IMG/VR virus record: IMGVR_UViG_3300030109_003951
Coordinates: 1 to 64,000 of that record
Direction: 5' to 3' (one strand)
Length of the DNA stretch: 64,000 nt
Origin: a virus
A program made the translations under genes and the position numbers. This document shows, in pieces, positions 17,076 through 25,518 of the stretch; position 1 is the first letter of the stretch; each line of letters opens with the position of its first letter. The notes beneath the pieces were generated by a model, which ran no database searches, had not been told where the DNA came from, and saw only the letters and a list, made by a program, of their open reading frames with translations.

Positions 17076-19538
17076 GTGCCTCAATTACTTTTCCAAAAAG
17101 AAAGTGACCCTGCTAGACTAGTTCGCACTTTATTTGAAAAGGTCAGAATTGGTTACTTACTAGGAAAAGATGACCCTAAACATTATGCCGAGCGTTGGAC
17201 ATCTGTTATAGATGAACTAAAAGACTTACATGACGATACCAGCAATTTCGCAGCATTAATTAAAAGAACATTGAATGAAAAAGATTTGTTCTCAGACGAG
17301 GTTAAAAATCCAGAGTCACACGAAGCGGGTAGAATTTTTGCAGCAATTAAGAAACTGCGCTATTCTAAAATTACTAAAGACCCATTTATCGAAGAATTCG
17401 GGGAAGAAGTAGTTGATGCTCTTTTATCAGATGAACATGTTTATGTCAAATTTTTGCACTGGGCATTAAGAAACGATGATGATGTTTTAGAGTCAGAACT
17501 ATATGAGAATCAAGATTTAGACCCCGATGAAATCACTGGTGGTTTTGCAGGACTAGATTTAAAAGAAAAAGAAATCATTCCTTTTATCATAGAACATTAT
17601 GGTGACGATAAAGATTTATCAAGATTAGAATCTAAATATAAAGGGGCAATTAGTACTCTAAATAGAATTATAGACAATAAGGAACAAATGAAAAATCTAG
17701 TAGATTTAGATTTACAAAAAGCAGAAAAGTCATTATCTTTTATTGTTCCTAACAAACCAATGTATCGTATTTTTGATATTGAAGATTTAAAAGAATTAAG
17801 AGGTTTCACTGGTAAATGGGTAGTTCAAGAAAAGTATGATGGGATGAGAATACAAATCCACAAGTCAGAAGGTAAGGTCAAAATATATTCTTTTAATAAA
17901 AAAGACATCACAGATAAATGTCCAGAACAAGTTAAAATGATAAGTGAGAAAAAATTTGCAGATTGTATTTTAGATGCAGAATTGATGTTATTTGATGGTG
18001 ACGAACCATTACATCGAGCAGAAGTTGTTGCTAGAATTTTCAAAGATAAAAAATCAGATACAATTTTGAGAGCGCATGTATTTGACATCATGCAATATGA
18101 TGATAGAGATTTAACAGATTCACCATTAGAAGAAAGAATAAAAATATTATTCCAAAACTTTAGTCAACATTCAGATATTGAATTAGCATTCCCATCTAAA
18201 AAAGATACAAGGATTGCAGATTCAATGAAAGACATAGAAGTATATTCTAAAGAGATATTTAAAATTCCAACAGCAGAGGGTGTAGTGTTAAAAGATTTAA
18301 CCTCAACTTATTTCTTAGCCAATAGGAAAAATCCTAAATGGGTTAAATGGAAAAAGTTTGTCGACATTGATGTAGTAGTATTAGATATGAAGAAAACCAA
18401 ATCAGATTTATTTTCATATACTATTGGTGTGGGGCCAGTAGAAGAAGGTGTGGAAGTAAATGGTGTAAAATATCTAAGTGTTGGCAAAGCACTTAACACT
18501 AAAATTAGAGTAGACATTGGGGATATTATTAGAGTCAAGGTTGATGAAGTCAGACAAACACCAGATGGTTTTGCTTTACAATCTGCTAAAGTTATAGAAG
18601 TTCCCGAAGTTGAACAACCAGACAAAGTAGTAACTTTAGAATTTTTAGCAAAAGATACTAAAAAATCTTTGAACTATGATATTGAAGCATTTACTAAAGG
18701 ATATGAAATAACTGACCATGTTCATGGTCATGCTACCATTATTGCTAAATCAGATATGGATGGCTTTACAGTATATGGTTTTCAAGAAGATAACCTCATG
18801 GCTAAAAACGCTTTAGCAAATATGGAAGTTTGGAGAGAACAATTAGGTAAAGCACTTGATGAAGATAGGTCAGTTTTAGAAACAGCAATCATAAATGAAA
18901 TTAAAAGAACTAATAAACCTATGGATATTAATTCAATTGTAAGGTTTTTCAATAGAGATAAAGAACTAAAGAGAATATACGAAAGTGTATTCAACAGTAA
19001 TAAAAATGAATTGTTTAGAAGTCTTAAGAATAAATCAAAAGACCACCTCACATATGAAAAACAAAAATTTAATTTAAACATGGAAGTAGGAGAACCACTA
19101 AGAAAAGAATATTCTACTCCAGAAGAATATCGTAAAGGCACATTCAAAGTTTACATTACTGAAAATGAAAATATTCAAATTGTTATGGATTTAAATGATG
19201 AAAAGATTTCATGGATTATTAAGTTAGATAGTGAAGATGACATATTCAACTTATTCGGCAAATCTAAAAAATTTATGGCGCAAGTTGCAACAACAATGAC
19301 CAAAGGAAAGGTTATTGATTCTGGAGAAGTAGAATTAGGAGTTCAAAGACATGGTTATCATGAATACATGTTAAATGGAAATAAATTTGATACTCGTTTA
19401 CATTTCAGAGTTGTTCCTATTGATGATAAAGAGAACTGGGTAGCATTCACTAGTGTTAAACCAGAGAAGGTTGATTCTAATACTGATGATGGCATATGGG
19501 ATATACGGCAAGATAAGTATAATAAATTAACCCTTTAA
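17076..19538 (+). CDS. Multidomain ATP-dependent ligase in the head module
   Basis: Motif I EKYDG, III ILDAE, IIIa VFDIM, IV EGVVLK, V WVKWK, OB domain; about 220-aa N-terminal and 290-aa C-terminal extensions. Confidence 0.85.
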   Translation: MPQLLFQKESDPARLVRTLFEKVRIGYLLGKDDPKHYAERWTSVIDELKDLHDDTSNFAALIKRTLNEKDLFSDEVKNPESHEAGRIFAAIKKLRYSKITKDPFIEEFGEEVVDALLSDEHVYVKFLHWALRNDDDVLESELYENQDLDPDEITGGFAGLDLKEKEIIPFIIEHYGDDKDLSRLESKYKGAISTLNRIIDNKEQMKNLVDLDLQKAEKSLSFIVPNKPMYRIFDIEDLKELRGFTGKWVVQEKYDGMRIQIHKSEGKVKIYSFNKKDITDKCPEQVKMISEKKFADCILDAELMLFDGDEPLHRAEVVARIFKDKKSDTILRAHVFDIMQYDDRDLTDSPLEERIKILFQNFSQHSDIELAFPSKKDTRIADSMKDIEVYSKEIFKIPTAEGVVLKDLTSTYFLANRKNPKWVKWKKFVDIDVVVLDMKKTKSDLFSYTIGVGPVEEGVEVNGVKYLSVGKALNTKIRVDIGDIIRVKVDEVRQTPDGFALQSAKVIEVPEVEQPDKVVTLEFLAKDTKKSLNYDIEAFTKGYEITDHVHGHATIIAKSDMDGFTVYGFQEDNLMAKNALANMEVWREQLGKALDEDRSVLETAIINEIKRTNKPMDINSIVRFFNRDKELKRIYESVFNSNKNELFRSLKNKSKDHLTYEKQKFNLNMEVGEPLRKEYSTPEEYRKGTFKVYITENENIQIVMDLNDEKISWIIKLDSEDDIFNLFGKSKKFMAQVATTMTKGKVIDSGEVELGVQRHGYHEYMLNGNKFDTRLHFRVVPIDDKENWVAFTSVKPEKVDSNTDDGIWDIRQDKYNKLTL

Positions 19539-19575
19539 CATTGCTCTTTAAATAGTAGAACAGAAAATCGACATC

Positions 19576-20823
19576 GTGTTAGGAGGAGTTGTAACAACAA
19601 AATCAAATACGTTTGATATACTGAAGTCACAAGATGATTTAATAATTGCAGGATATGCTTCAATAGAAATGGTAGACAAACAAAATGATTTAATTACACT
19701 CAAAGCGTTGGAGGAAGCAGTACAAAAATTCATGGATAAAAATGAATATAGAAACGTAATGACTAACCATTCAAATGTTCAAGTAGGAGAAGTAGTAAAT
19801 AAATATAGAGATTCAAAAGGACAGATATATAAAACACAAGTAGATGATGTAGGATTTTTTGTAGTAATAAAATTAAGGGATGATATAGAAAAAGCAAAGG
19901 AAGTATCAAGAGACATAAGGCAGGGAACATTAAGGAGTTTTAGTATCGGGGGACAAGCACTAGAAAAAAGAACTGTTAGAGATAAAGAAGTAGGGGAATA
20001 CAACGAAATCAGCAAATTAGAATTACATGAGGTTACAATCTGTGAAAAAGGAATAAATCCAGAAGCAAAATTCGATATACTGAAACAAGATAAAAATAAG
20101 GTGAAAAAAATGAATGAATTAGAAAAAGCACTTGGCGAATTAAATGAACTAGTTAAGAACATGAATTTGTCCAAGGAAGAAGAAGAAGAAAAAGGACATG
20201 GTAGAGACATGGAAATGGGTCACGAAGAAGGCCATGAAGAAGAAAAAATGGGCTATGGTCATGATGAAAAGGCTGATGAAGAAGATGATGTAGAAGACAT
20301 GTCTTACAAGGCTGATGAAGAAGATGACGAAAAGAAAGCAGAAAAAGATGAGGATGATGAAAAGAAAGCATTAGAACTCAACACTTATTCTGAGGCTGGA
20401 GAAGTTGTCTTTGAGAATGGTAGAACAAAAGACCATCCTCAAGAATCAGAATTTAAGATGCAACCTCCTACACTAGATTTGAGTGCTGCTAACTTAGAAA
20501 AAGCATATGAAGCATTTAGAGCAGAAAAATTAGAAGCAATGGCTTATGAGAATCTATCCAAAACATTTGGTGACAGATTTAACTCTGAATTAAAAGCACA
20601 AGATGAAGCAATTGCAAAAGCAAACTACAATGCTAAAGCAGAAGTAGCAGAACTAAGAGAGCAATTTGCATCATTGAAGAAATCATTAACAGAAGAAAAA
20701 CAACAAGTAATTGCAAAACAAGAACAAGTTGTAAGTAATTTAAATATTCCAAGTACTGACGATATTGTAAAAATGAGTTGGGATGAATTACATCAAGTAA
20801 TTGATAATTTGGAGAACAGGTGA
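19576..20823 (+). CDS. HK97-type prohead protease fused to acidic/coiled-coil scaffold
   Basis: IAGYAS..VDKQND, NH, SFSIGG, LHEVTIC...NPEA; immediately upstream of the capsid gene. Confidence 0.9.
   Translation: MLGGVVTTKSNTFDILKSQDDLIIAGYASIEMVDKQNDLITLKALEEAVQKFMDKNEYRNVMTNHSNVQVGEVVNKYRDSKGQIYKTQVDDVGFFVVIKLRDDIEKAKEVSRDIRQGTLRSFSIGGQALEKRTVRDKEVGEYNEISKLELHEVTICEKGINPEAKFDILKQDKNKVKKMNELEKALGELNELVKNMNLSKEEEEEKGHGRDMEMGHEEGHEEEKMGYGHDEKADEEDDVEDMSYKADEEDDEKKAEKDEDDEKKALELNTYSEAGEVVFENGRTKDHPQESEFKMQPPTLDLSAANLEKAYEAFRAEKLEAMAYENLSKTFGDRFNSELKAQDEAIAKANYNAKAEVAELREQFASLKKSLTEEKQQVIAKQEQVVSNLNIPSTDDIVKMSWDELHQVIDNLENR
20110..20823 (+). CDS. Putative nested scaffolding protein from an internal in-frame start
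   Basis: AGGTGA at 20099-20104 then in-frame ATG 20110 (MNELEKA), directly after the protease domain. Confidence 0.6.
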   Translation: MNELEKALGELNELVKNMNLSKEEEEEKGHGRDMEMGHEEGHEEEKMGYGHDEKADEEDDVEDMSYKADEEDDEKKAEKDEDDEKKALELNTYSEAGEVVFENGRTKDHPQESEFKMQPPTLDLSAANLEKAYEAFRAEKLEAMAYENLSKTFGDRFNSELKAQDEAIAKANYNAKAEVAELREQFASLKKSLTEEKQQVIAKQEQVVSNLNIPSTDDIVKMSWDELHQVIDNLENR

Positions 20824-20828
20824 TTAAA

Positions 20829-22262
20829 ATGGTAAGAACAATAAACACAATAAGAGATTTAGAAGCGGCTACATACGGCTTCCAAAACAACTCAATTCTA
20901 AAAGGTACTGGAGTAGTTGGTGCAGCAGGAATTGGTGTAACTGGACACGATGCAGCAATAGGAATAAATGGAACAGCAGCCACAGCAATGACTGATTTAT
21001 ACAATGTAGTATATGGTCAAAAAGTTTGGTCAATGTTGAACCAAGAAATAAATCCACTAGCAATTCTTCCAAAAAGACCGTACACAACAAGCGGTTGGAG
21101 AATTCTAAAAGCAAGACCATTTGGTGGAGCAGATGCGAAATTCGGTTTAGCACATGAATTTTCTGACAACTCTACTGGTGATGCTTTAACAGCAGGTAGA
21201 AGTGGAACACAAGTTGACAGGCCAATGCCAGATGAAATTGGTGGTGTTAGAGAAAATGCAGGAATAGGTGGAGCAGCAGCAGACGGTGATATTACACCAG
21301 TTGCACCAGAATACACAAAACTATTCATGACTCCTAAAACAATTGCTCACATGTTTGAATTCAGTGAATTAGCATCTGAAATGGCAAAGATTGATGATGG
21401 TATCGGTGACTTAAGAGCATTGATTCGTGAAGATATGGGTAAATTCCATGCAGAAGTTCAATCAAAAATGTTAGTAATGCCTCTAGAAGCATATGACTTA
21501 GATGCTGGATTAGCAGCAGGTAGTTCCGCTAGTGGTGCTGCTGCATTTGCAGATATGGAAAGAAACTTAACATCATTAATGAAAATTGTTTCTTCCTCAG
21601 CAGAAGTTCATGAAATGGGTGCGCAAAGTATAGTAGCAGCAAATGATGGTGCTAACAGTGTAGACACAGTTAAACTATATGGTAACACAGATAGAGCAGC
21701 AGACACAGCATTAGGTTCCTCAGTAGGATTTATGGATGCAGAAGTTAACATTGGAGATGGATATGCAGCAGCAGAACAAAGAGTATTAACACTTTCAATC
21801 ATGAATAGTTTAATCCAAAGTTTAAGAACAAATGGAGCAAGTCCAAAAGTTATTATGACTGGATATGATACAATTCAAGCAATTGCTGACTTATTACAAA
21901 GCCAAGAAAGATTCATGGATGCTAAACACATTGTACCAACACATAATGGTGTAAAAGGTGTTGCTGGTGCAGAAGTTGGATTCAGAGTTGCAACATACTA
22001 TGACATCCCACTAATTCCAGCAAAAGACATGCCAAGCACATGCCACTTATCATTATCAACAGGATTAAGTGATATGTTATTCTTAGACACTGACCACTTA
22101 TGGTACTCCGTACTAAAACCAACTCAATACTTTGAAGATGGTATTAATCATGGAAACCCATTCGGCATTGGTAAACTAGGGAATCAAGGAATGTACCGAA
22201 CTATTGGTGAAGTAGGCTGTTCTTTCTTCAAAGGACAAGGTAAAATCACCAACCTAAAGTAA
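20829..22262 (+). CDS. Major capsid protein (HK97 fold inferred)
   Basis: Follows protease-scaffold; about 477 aa; VYGQKVWSMLNQE and YYDIPLIP..D..FLDT segments typical of archaeal tailed-virus capsids; ATG 20829 after AGGTGA. Confidence 0.85.
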   Translation: MVRTINTIRDLEAATYGFQNNSILKGTGVVGAAGIGVTGHDAAIGINGTAATAMTDLYNVVYGQKVWSMLNQEINPLAILPKRPYTTSGWRILKARPFGGADAKFGLAHEFSDNSTGDALTAGRSGTQVDRPMPDEIGGVRENAGIGGAAADGDITPVAPEYTKLFMTPKTIAHMFEFSELASEMAKIDDGIGDLRALIREDMGKFHAEVQSKMLVMPLEAYDLDAGLAAGSSASGAAAFADMERNLTSLMKIVSSSAEVHEMGAQSIVAANDGANSVDTVKLYGNTDRAADTALGSSVGFMDAEVNIGDGYAAAEQRVLTLSIMNSLIQSLRTNGASPKVIMTGYDTIQAIADLLQSQERFMDAKHIVPTHNGVKGVAGAEVGFRVATYYDIPLIPAKDMPSTCHLSLSTGLSDMLFLDTDHLWYSVLKPTQYFEDGINHGNPFGIGKLGNQGMYRTIGEVGCSFFKGQGKITNLK

Positions 22263-22272
22263 GGTGATTTGA

Positions 22273-22626
22273 TTGGCTTTAGCATTTACAGTAACAATAT
22301 TGGCAGACCACAAAGGTTACACAGCACCAAGAGTATCTGGTGATGAGTACTTTGTAGATGCATTAGTTGATGTGAGTTCAATTGTTGCAGCAGGTTCAGT
22401 TATCCCTGCTGCTCAATTTGGACTAGAAACAATCACTGCTGCTTTTATTACAGGACATGATAATGCAAACGCATTACAACCACAAATTGAATGTTCTGCA
22501 ACAGGCGCATATGAATCAACAAGTTCAATTGCTCTTATGTTTACAAGTTTAGACGGAACAAACGCTACTCTCGCAGATGATGGGAATGGCGGCTCAGTCC
22601 GAATGAGAGTATATGGTTTAATCTAA
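22273..22626 (+). CDS. Putative head decoration/minor capsid protein
   Basis: Small beta-rich protein right after the capsid gene; TTG start after AGGTGA. Confidence 0.5.
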   Translation: MALAFTVTILADHKGYTAPRVSGDEYFVDALVDVSSIVAAGSVIPAAQFGLETITAAFITGHDNANALQPQIECSATGAYESTSSIALMFTSLDGTNATLADDGNGGSVRMRVYGLI

Positions 22627-22627
22627 G

Positions 22628-22972
22628 GTGGTTTACTTGGTTAAAGTTACCAACTATAGTGGGCGAAGATTCAGAACTAGAAATATGACTCTGATGCCAG
22701 AAGAAACTAAATCCATAGATGTTGAAACAGGAATTCAACTTATGGGTTTATCTGGTGTTAAAGTTATTTTTGAGGCTGGCGACAACCTATCCAACATAAC
22801 TGAGTACCGCTTAATAAAAGCAGCAAAGTTCGTAGGATTAACTGCTACATCTAAAGATGATGCAATCAAACAACTAGTACCTAAGAGAACAAGAACCAAG
22901 CAATTAAAGTCAGTAGTGACCAAAGCAAAAGAAGCAGTATTACCTGCGGAAGAAGAAACTACTGAGGAATAA
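22628..22972 (+). CDS. Hypothetical protein
   Basis: ORF. Confidence 0.6.
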   Translation: MVYLVKVTNYSGRRFRTRNMTLMPEETKSIDVETGIQLMGLSGVKVIFEAGDNLSNITEYRLIKAAKFVGLTATSKDDAIKQLVPKRTRTKQLKSVVTKAKEAVLPAEEETTEE

Positions 22973-22974
22973 CT

Positions 22975-23268
22975 TTGTCTTGGGAAGATATACTCAAAGT
23001 AAGAGTTCCAGTAGGCAGAGCGCAAGGCTCTGATGAACGACCAGATATTACAATGGATGTATCTGAAAAAGTATTAGCGGGTGCTGATATTTTATATGCT
23101 GTTGAGAAAGCAAACTTGAGAGATAAAACTGGTAAAGGTATAGGAGAAACACTTTTAGAAATGTTAGATTTTACATCTAAAGAAATGACTTTAGCCAATG
23201 CATTATATCGTGATAAATCAGTACCAAGTCTTTATATTGACTATAAATTTCAAGAAATGTATGAATGA
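22975..23268 (+). CDS. Small protein with leader (MSWEDILK, TTG start)
   Basis: ORF and leader. Confidence 0.7.
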   Translation: MSWEDILKVRVPVGRAQGSDERPDITMDVSEKVLAGADILYAVEKANLRDKTGKGIGETLLEMLDFTSKEMTLANALYRDKSVPSLYIDYKFQEMYE

Positions 23269-23317
23269 CCGATATTATTAATAGACAGGTGTATTTTGGG
23301 GTAAATGAGGAGATACT

Positions 23318-23593
23318 ATGCCAGCATGTAGAAGTAGTGGAAAATTAACAGCAGATGCTTTAGTCGTGACTGGGAAAGTTAGGGTTGCTAGTCTTTTTGT
23401 ACAAGAAACTGGCGGAAGCACAGCAGAGATTGCAATATATGATAATACTGCGGCAAGTGGTGATGAAATAGCAAGAGTAAAATTAAGTGCGGGTTTAGGC
23501 CACGATGTTGATTTACATGGTGTTATGGTTACTAATGGTGTCTACTTTAAAAAAGTTAGTGGGGCTGCAACATGCTTCATTAATTATTACTAA
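23318..23593 (+). CDS. Small beta-sandwich-like structural protein
   Basis: GAGGAG SD; IYDNTAASG...GVYF pattern seen in virion proteins. Confidence 0.55.
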   Translation: MPACRSSGKLTADALVVTGKVRVASLFVQETGGSTAEIAIYDNTAASGDEIARVKLSAGLGHDVDLHGVMVTNGVYFKKVSGAATCFINYY

Positions 23594-23604
23594 GAGGCGT
23601 TAAG

Positions 23605-23991
23605 ATGGCAGCAATGGATAAAGACACAAGGCTTGTAATGACGATACTGTTCGTAGGGGCGGTATCTGGAACGAATGTATATTTTTATAGTGCGTATGGT
23701 TCAGAATTACCATTTACAAATTTTGCACACGCAGTACTATTTGGATTTTTAACTGTTGGAGGAATCATGGGACTAAAAGCATGTTTTGATTTAGCAGTTA
23801 ATGATAGAATGGAACTTTGGTTATTAGACCGTAAGATTAAAATTTACTGGGAAAAGAAACAAAGAGAAACTCAACAAAAACAAAAAATTAGAGAGTCGAT
23901 GAATACTTATGGTTCATATATTCCCCCACAAAAACAAACTACCCAAGATAATGAGGTTCCAAACACATTCCTAGCATCAATAGAGCAGTAG
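23605..23991 (+). CDS. Membrane protein (2 predicted TM helices plus basic/Gln cytoplasmic tail)
   Basis: Hydrophobic LVMTILFVGAVSG and FAHAVLFGFLTVGGIMGL. Confidence 0.7.
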   Translation: MAAMDKDTRLVMTILFVGAVSGTNVYFYSAYGSELPFTNFAHAVLFGFLTVGGIMGLKACFDLAVNDRMELWLLDRKIKIYWEKKQRETQQKQKIRESMNTYGSYIPPQKQTTQDNEVPNTFLASIEQ

Positions 23992-24000
23992 GTGTGTTAG

Positions 24001-24207
24001 ATGCCTTTTCTCCCATCAATTACTGGCAACGAACAAGTAGCCTATGATATGAGTAGAGCGCATTCTGCTGATTTATTTTTTATCAAGATGAGAGCATGGT
24101 TTTGGGGAGTAACTGCTAGTGTTGCTTGTTTCTTATTAGGTCATATGATTGGCGTACTTGGTATCAATCTATATGAAATGGTGTGGGGTTGGTTTGGTGG
24201 TCATTAA
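24001..24207 (+). CDS. Small membrane protein
   Basis: AWFWGVTASVACFLLGHMIGVLGI hydrophobic segment. Confidence 0.7.
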   Translation: MPFLPSITGNEQVAYDMSRAHSADLFFIKMRAWFWGVTASVACFLLGHMIGVLGINLYEMVWGWFGGH

Positions 24208-24872
24208 TGTCATTAATGGCTGGATTTGCCGTAGTCGCTGCTGATATTGCTTTAGGGATATATCATAAATTAAACACTATACCTTTTGGTGTATATGGTG
24301 CTACTAGAGTTGGTAAAACAACACTACACAATCAATTAAGAACAAGGGGCGAGGTTGCCGAAATTAAAAAAAGAACAGTGGGTTTACAACGGGCTACTAG
24401 AAAATCAGTTAAGATAGATGGCGATGCTAGAACTTTAAAAACTGCCGATATAGGTGGAGAGTCAAAGTATTGGGATTTATGGAAAAAAGATATGAAAGAT
24501 AGAAAAGTAGATTATATTATTTTTGTAATTGATGATAGGCACTTAGAACAAACTTACAATTTAGAAAATCAATTAGCATGGACTTATCTTGTAGATTTAG
24601 TTTGTGACGATTATTGGCACATAGGTAAAAAAAGAAAAAAGAAAAAAAAGTTTCCTAAAGCAGTTGGCTTGTGGGCAAACAAATATGATAAGTGGGGAAA
24701 GGAACATAATTACGAAGGGCCAATAGAAGAACACCCTATATTTCAGTCATTTAAGTATGGGATGCAGCGATTACATGATAAAGGAATACCCACTCACAAG
24801 TACATCGTGAGTGCAAAATCCGACCCAGAAATGGTATATCGTGGAGTAATGACAATGATAAAAGACTATTGA
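24207..24872 (+). CDS. Ras-superfamily small GTPase, Arf-like
   Basis: G1 GATRVGKT, G2 RTVG, G3 DIGGE..W, IIFVID, G4 ANKYD, G5 SAK; hydrophobic N-terminal helix; ATG 24207 overlaps the upstream TAA. Confidence 0.85.
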   Translation: MSLMAGFAVVAADIALGIYHKLNTIPFGVYGATRVGKTTLHNQLRTRGEVAEIKKRTVGLQRATRKSVKIDGDARTLKTADIGGESKYWDLWKKDMKDRKVDYIIFVIDDRHLEQTYNLENQLAWTYLVDLVCDDYWHIGKKRKKKKKFPKAVGLWANKYDKWGKEHNYEGPIEEHPIFQSFKYGMQRLHDKGIPTHKYIVSAKSDPEMVYRGVMTMIKDY

Positions 24873-24873
24873 G

Positions 24874-25518
24874 ATGATAAAAATGATGCAAGGAAATTAT
24901 AATGGAGGGTTAATTGGTAATACACAACATAACCCATTTGACAAACCTAGTAAAATCGCAAGATTAGCAGGGCCGATGATGGAATATAAATTTGAAAATA
25001 CAGCCCCCAAAAAAAAGTTAAAAGAATTAAGAAAAGTTTTGTTACCAGAAAAAAGAAAATTTTTACTTTTGAAGTTTGGCTACAAGTATAACATCCGTAA
25101 TAGATGTTTAGTGTGTGGCTCATGGCATGAGTGGGAAGCATCTGACCCATTAAGGGCTGGTATCATATTATCAGAAGTAACTAAAGGAAGACCGCTCCAA
25201 GGAACTTATTGTCCTAGACATGCTAACATGTATAAACAATTTGAAATGCTTCAAGATGAAGTTTTGGCTGACAAACATGGCTTAGAATTTAAAAGATATA
25301 TCCCTAAACCGAGAATCCCGTTAATGTCACAAGGGCCAATGACTAACCTAAATCAAGCGCAAGTTTCAAGTCTGATAGCCGCAGGGTGGTTAATACAGCC
25401 GCCCAAAGGCACCAAGGAGATTCCGAAAGAACAATACGTTAGATTGATGTCGGAGATACAAGGCAAACTAAAACAAATAGAAAATTTAGTAGGAGTGATA
25501 GACAATGGTGAGGAGTAG
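24874..25518 (+). CDS. Hypothetical protein with CxxC...CxxH zinc site
   Basis: RCLVCG ... YCPRH. Confidence 0.7.
   Translation: MIKMMQGNYNGGLIGNTQHNPFDKPSKIARLAGPMMEYKFENTAPKKKLKELRKVLLPEKRKFLLLKFGYKYNIRNRCLVCGSWHEWEASDPLRAGIILSEVTKGRPLQGTYCPRHANMYKQFEMLQDEVLADKHGLEFKRYIPKPRIPLMSQGPMTNLNQAQVSSLIAAGWLIQPPKGTKEIPKEQYVRLMSEIQGKLKQIENLVGVIDNGEE

Noticed and set aside
19545-23290. TTTAAATAG / ATTAATAG upstream of 19576 and 23318 as late promoters
   Set aside because: Plausible TATA-like elements, but two instances in an AT-rich genome are not enough support
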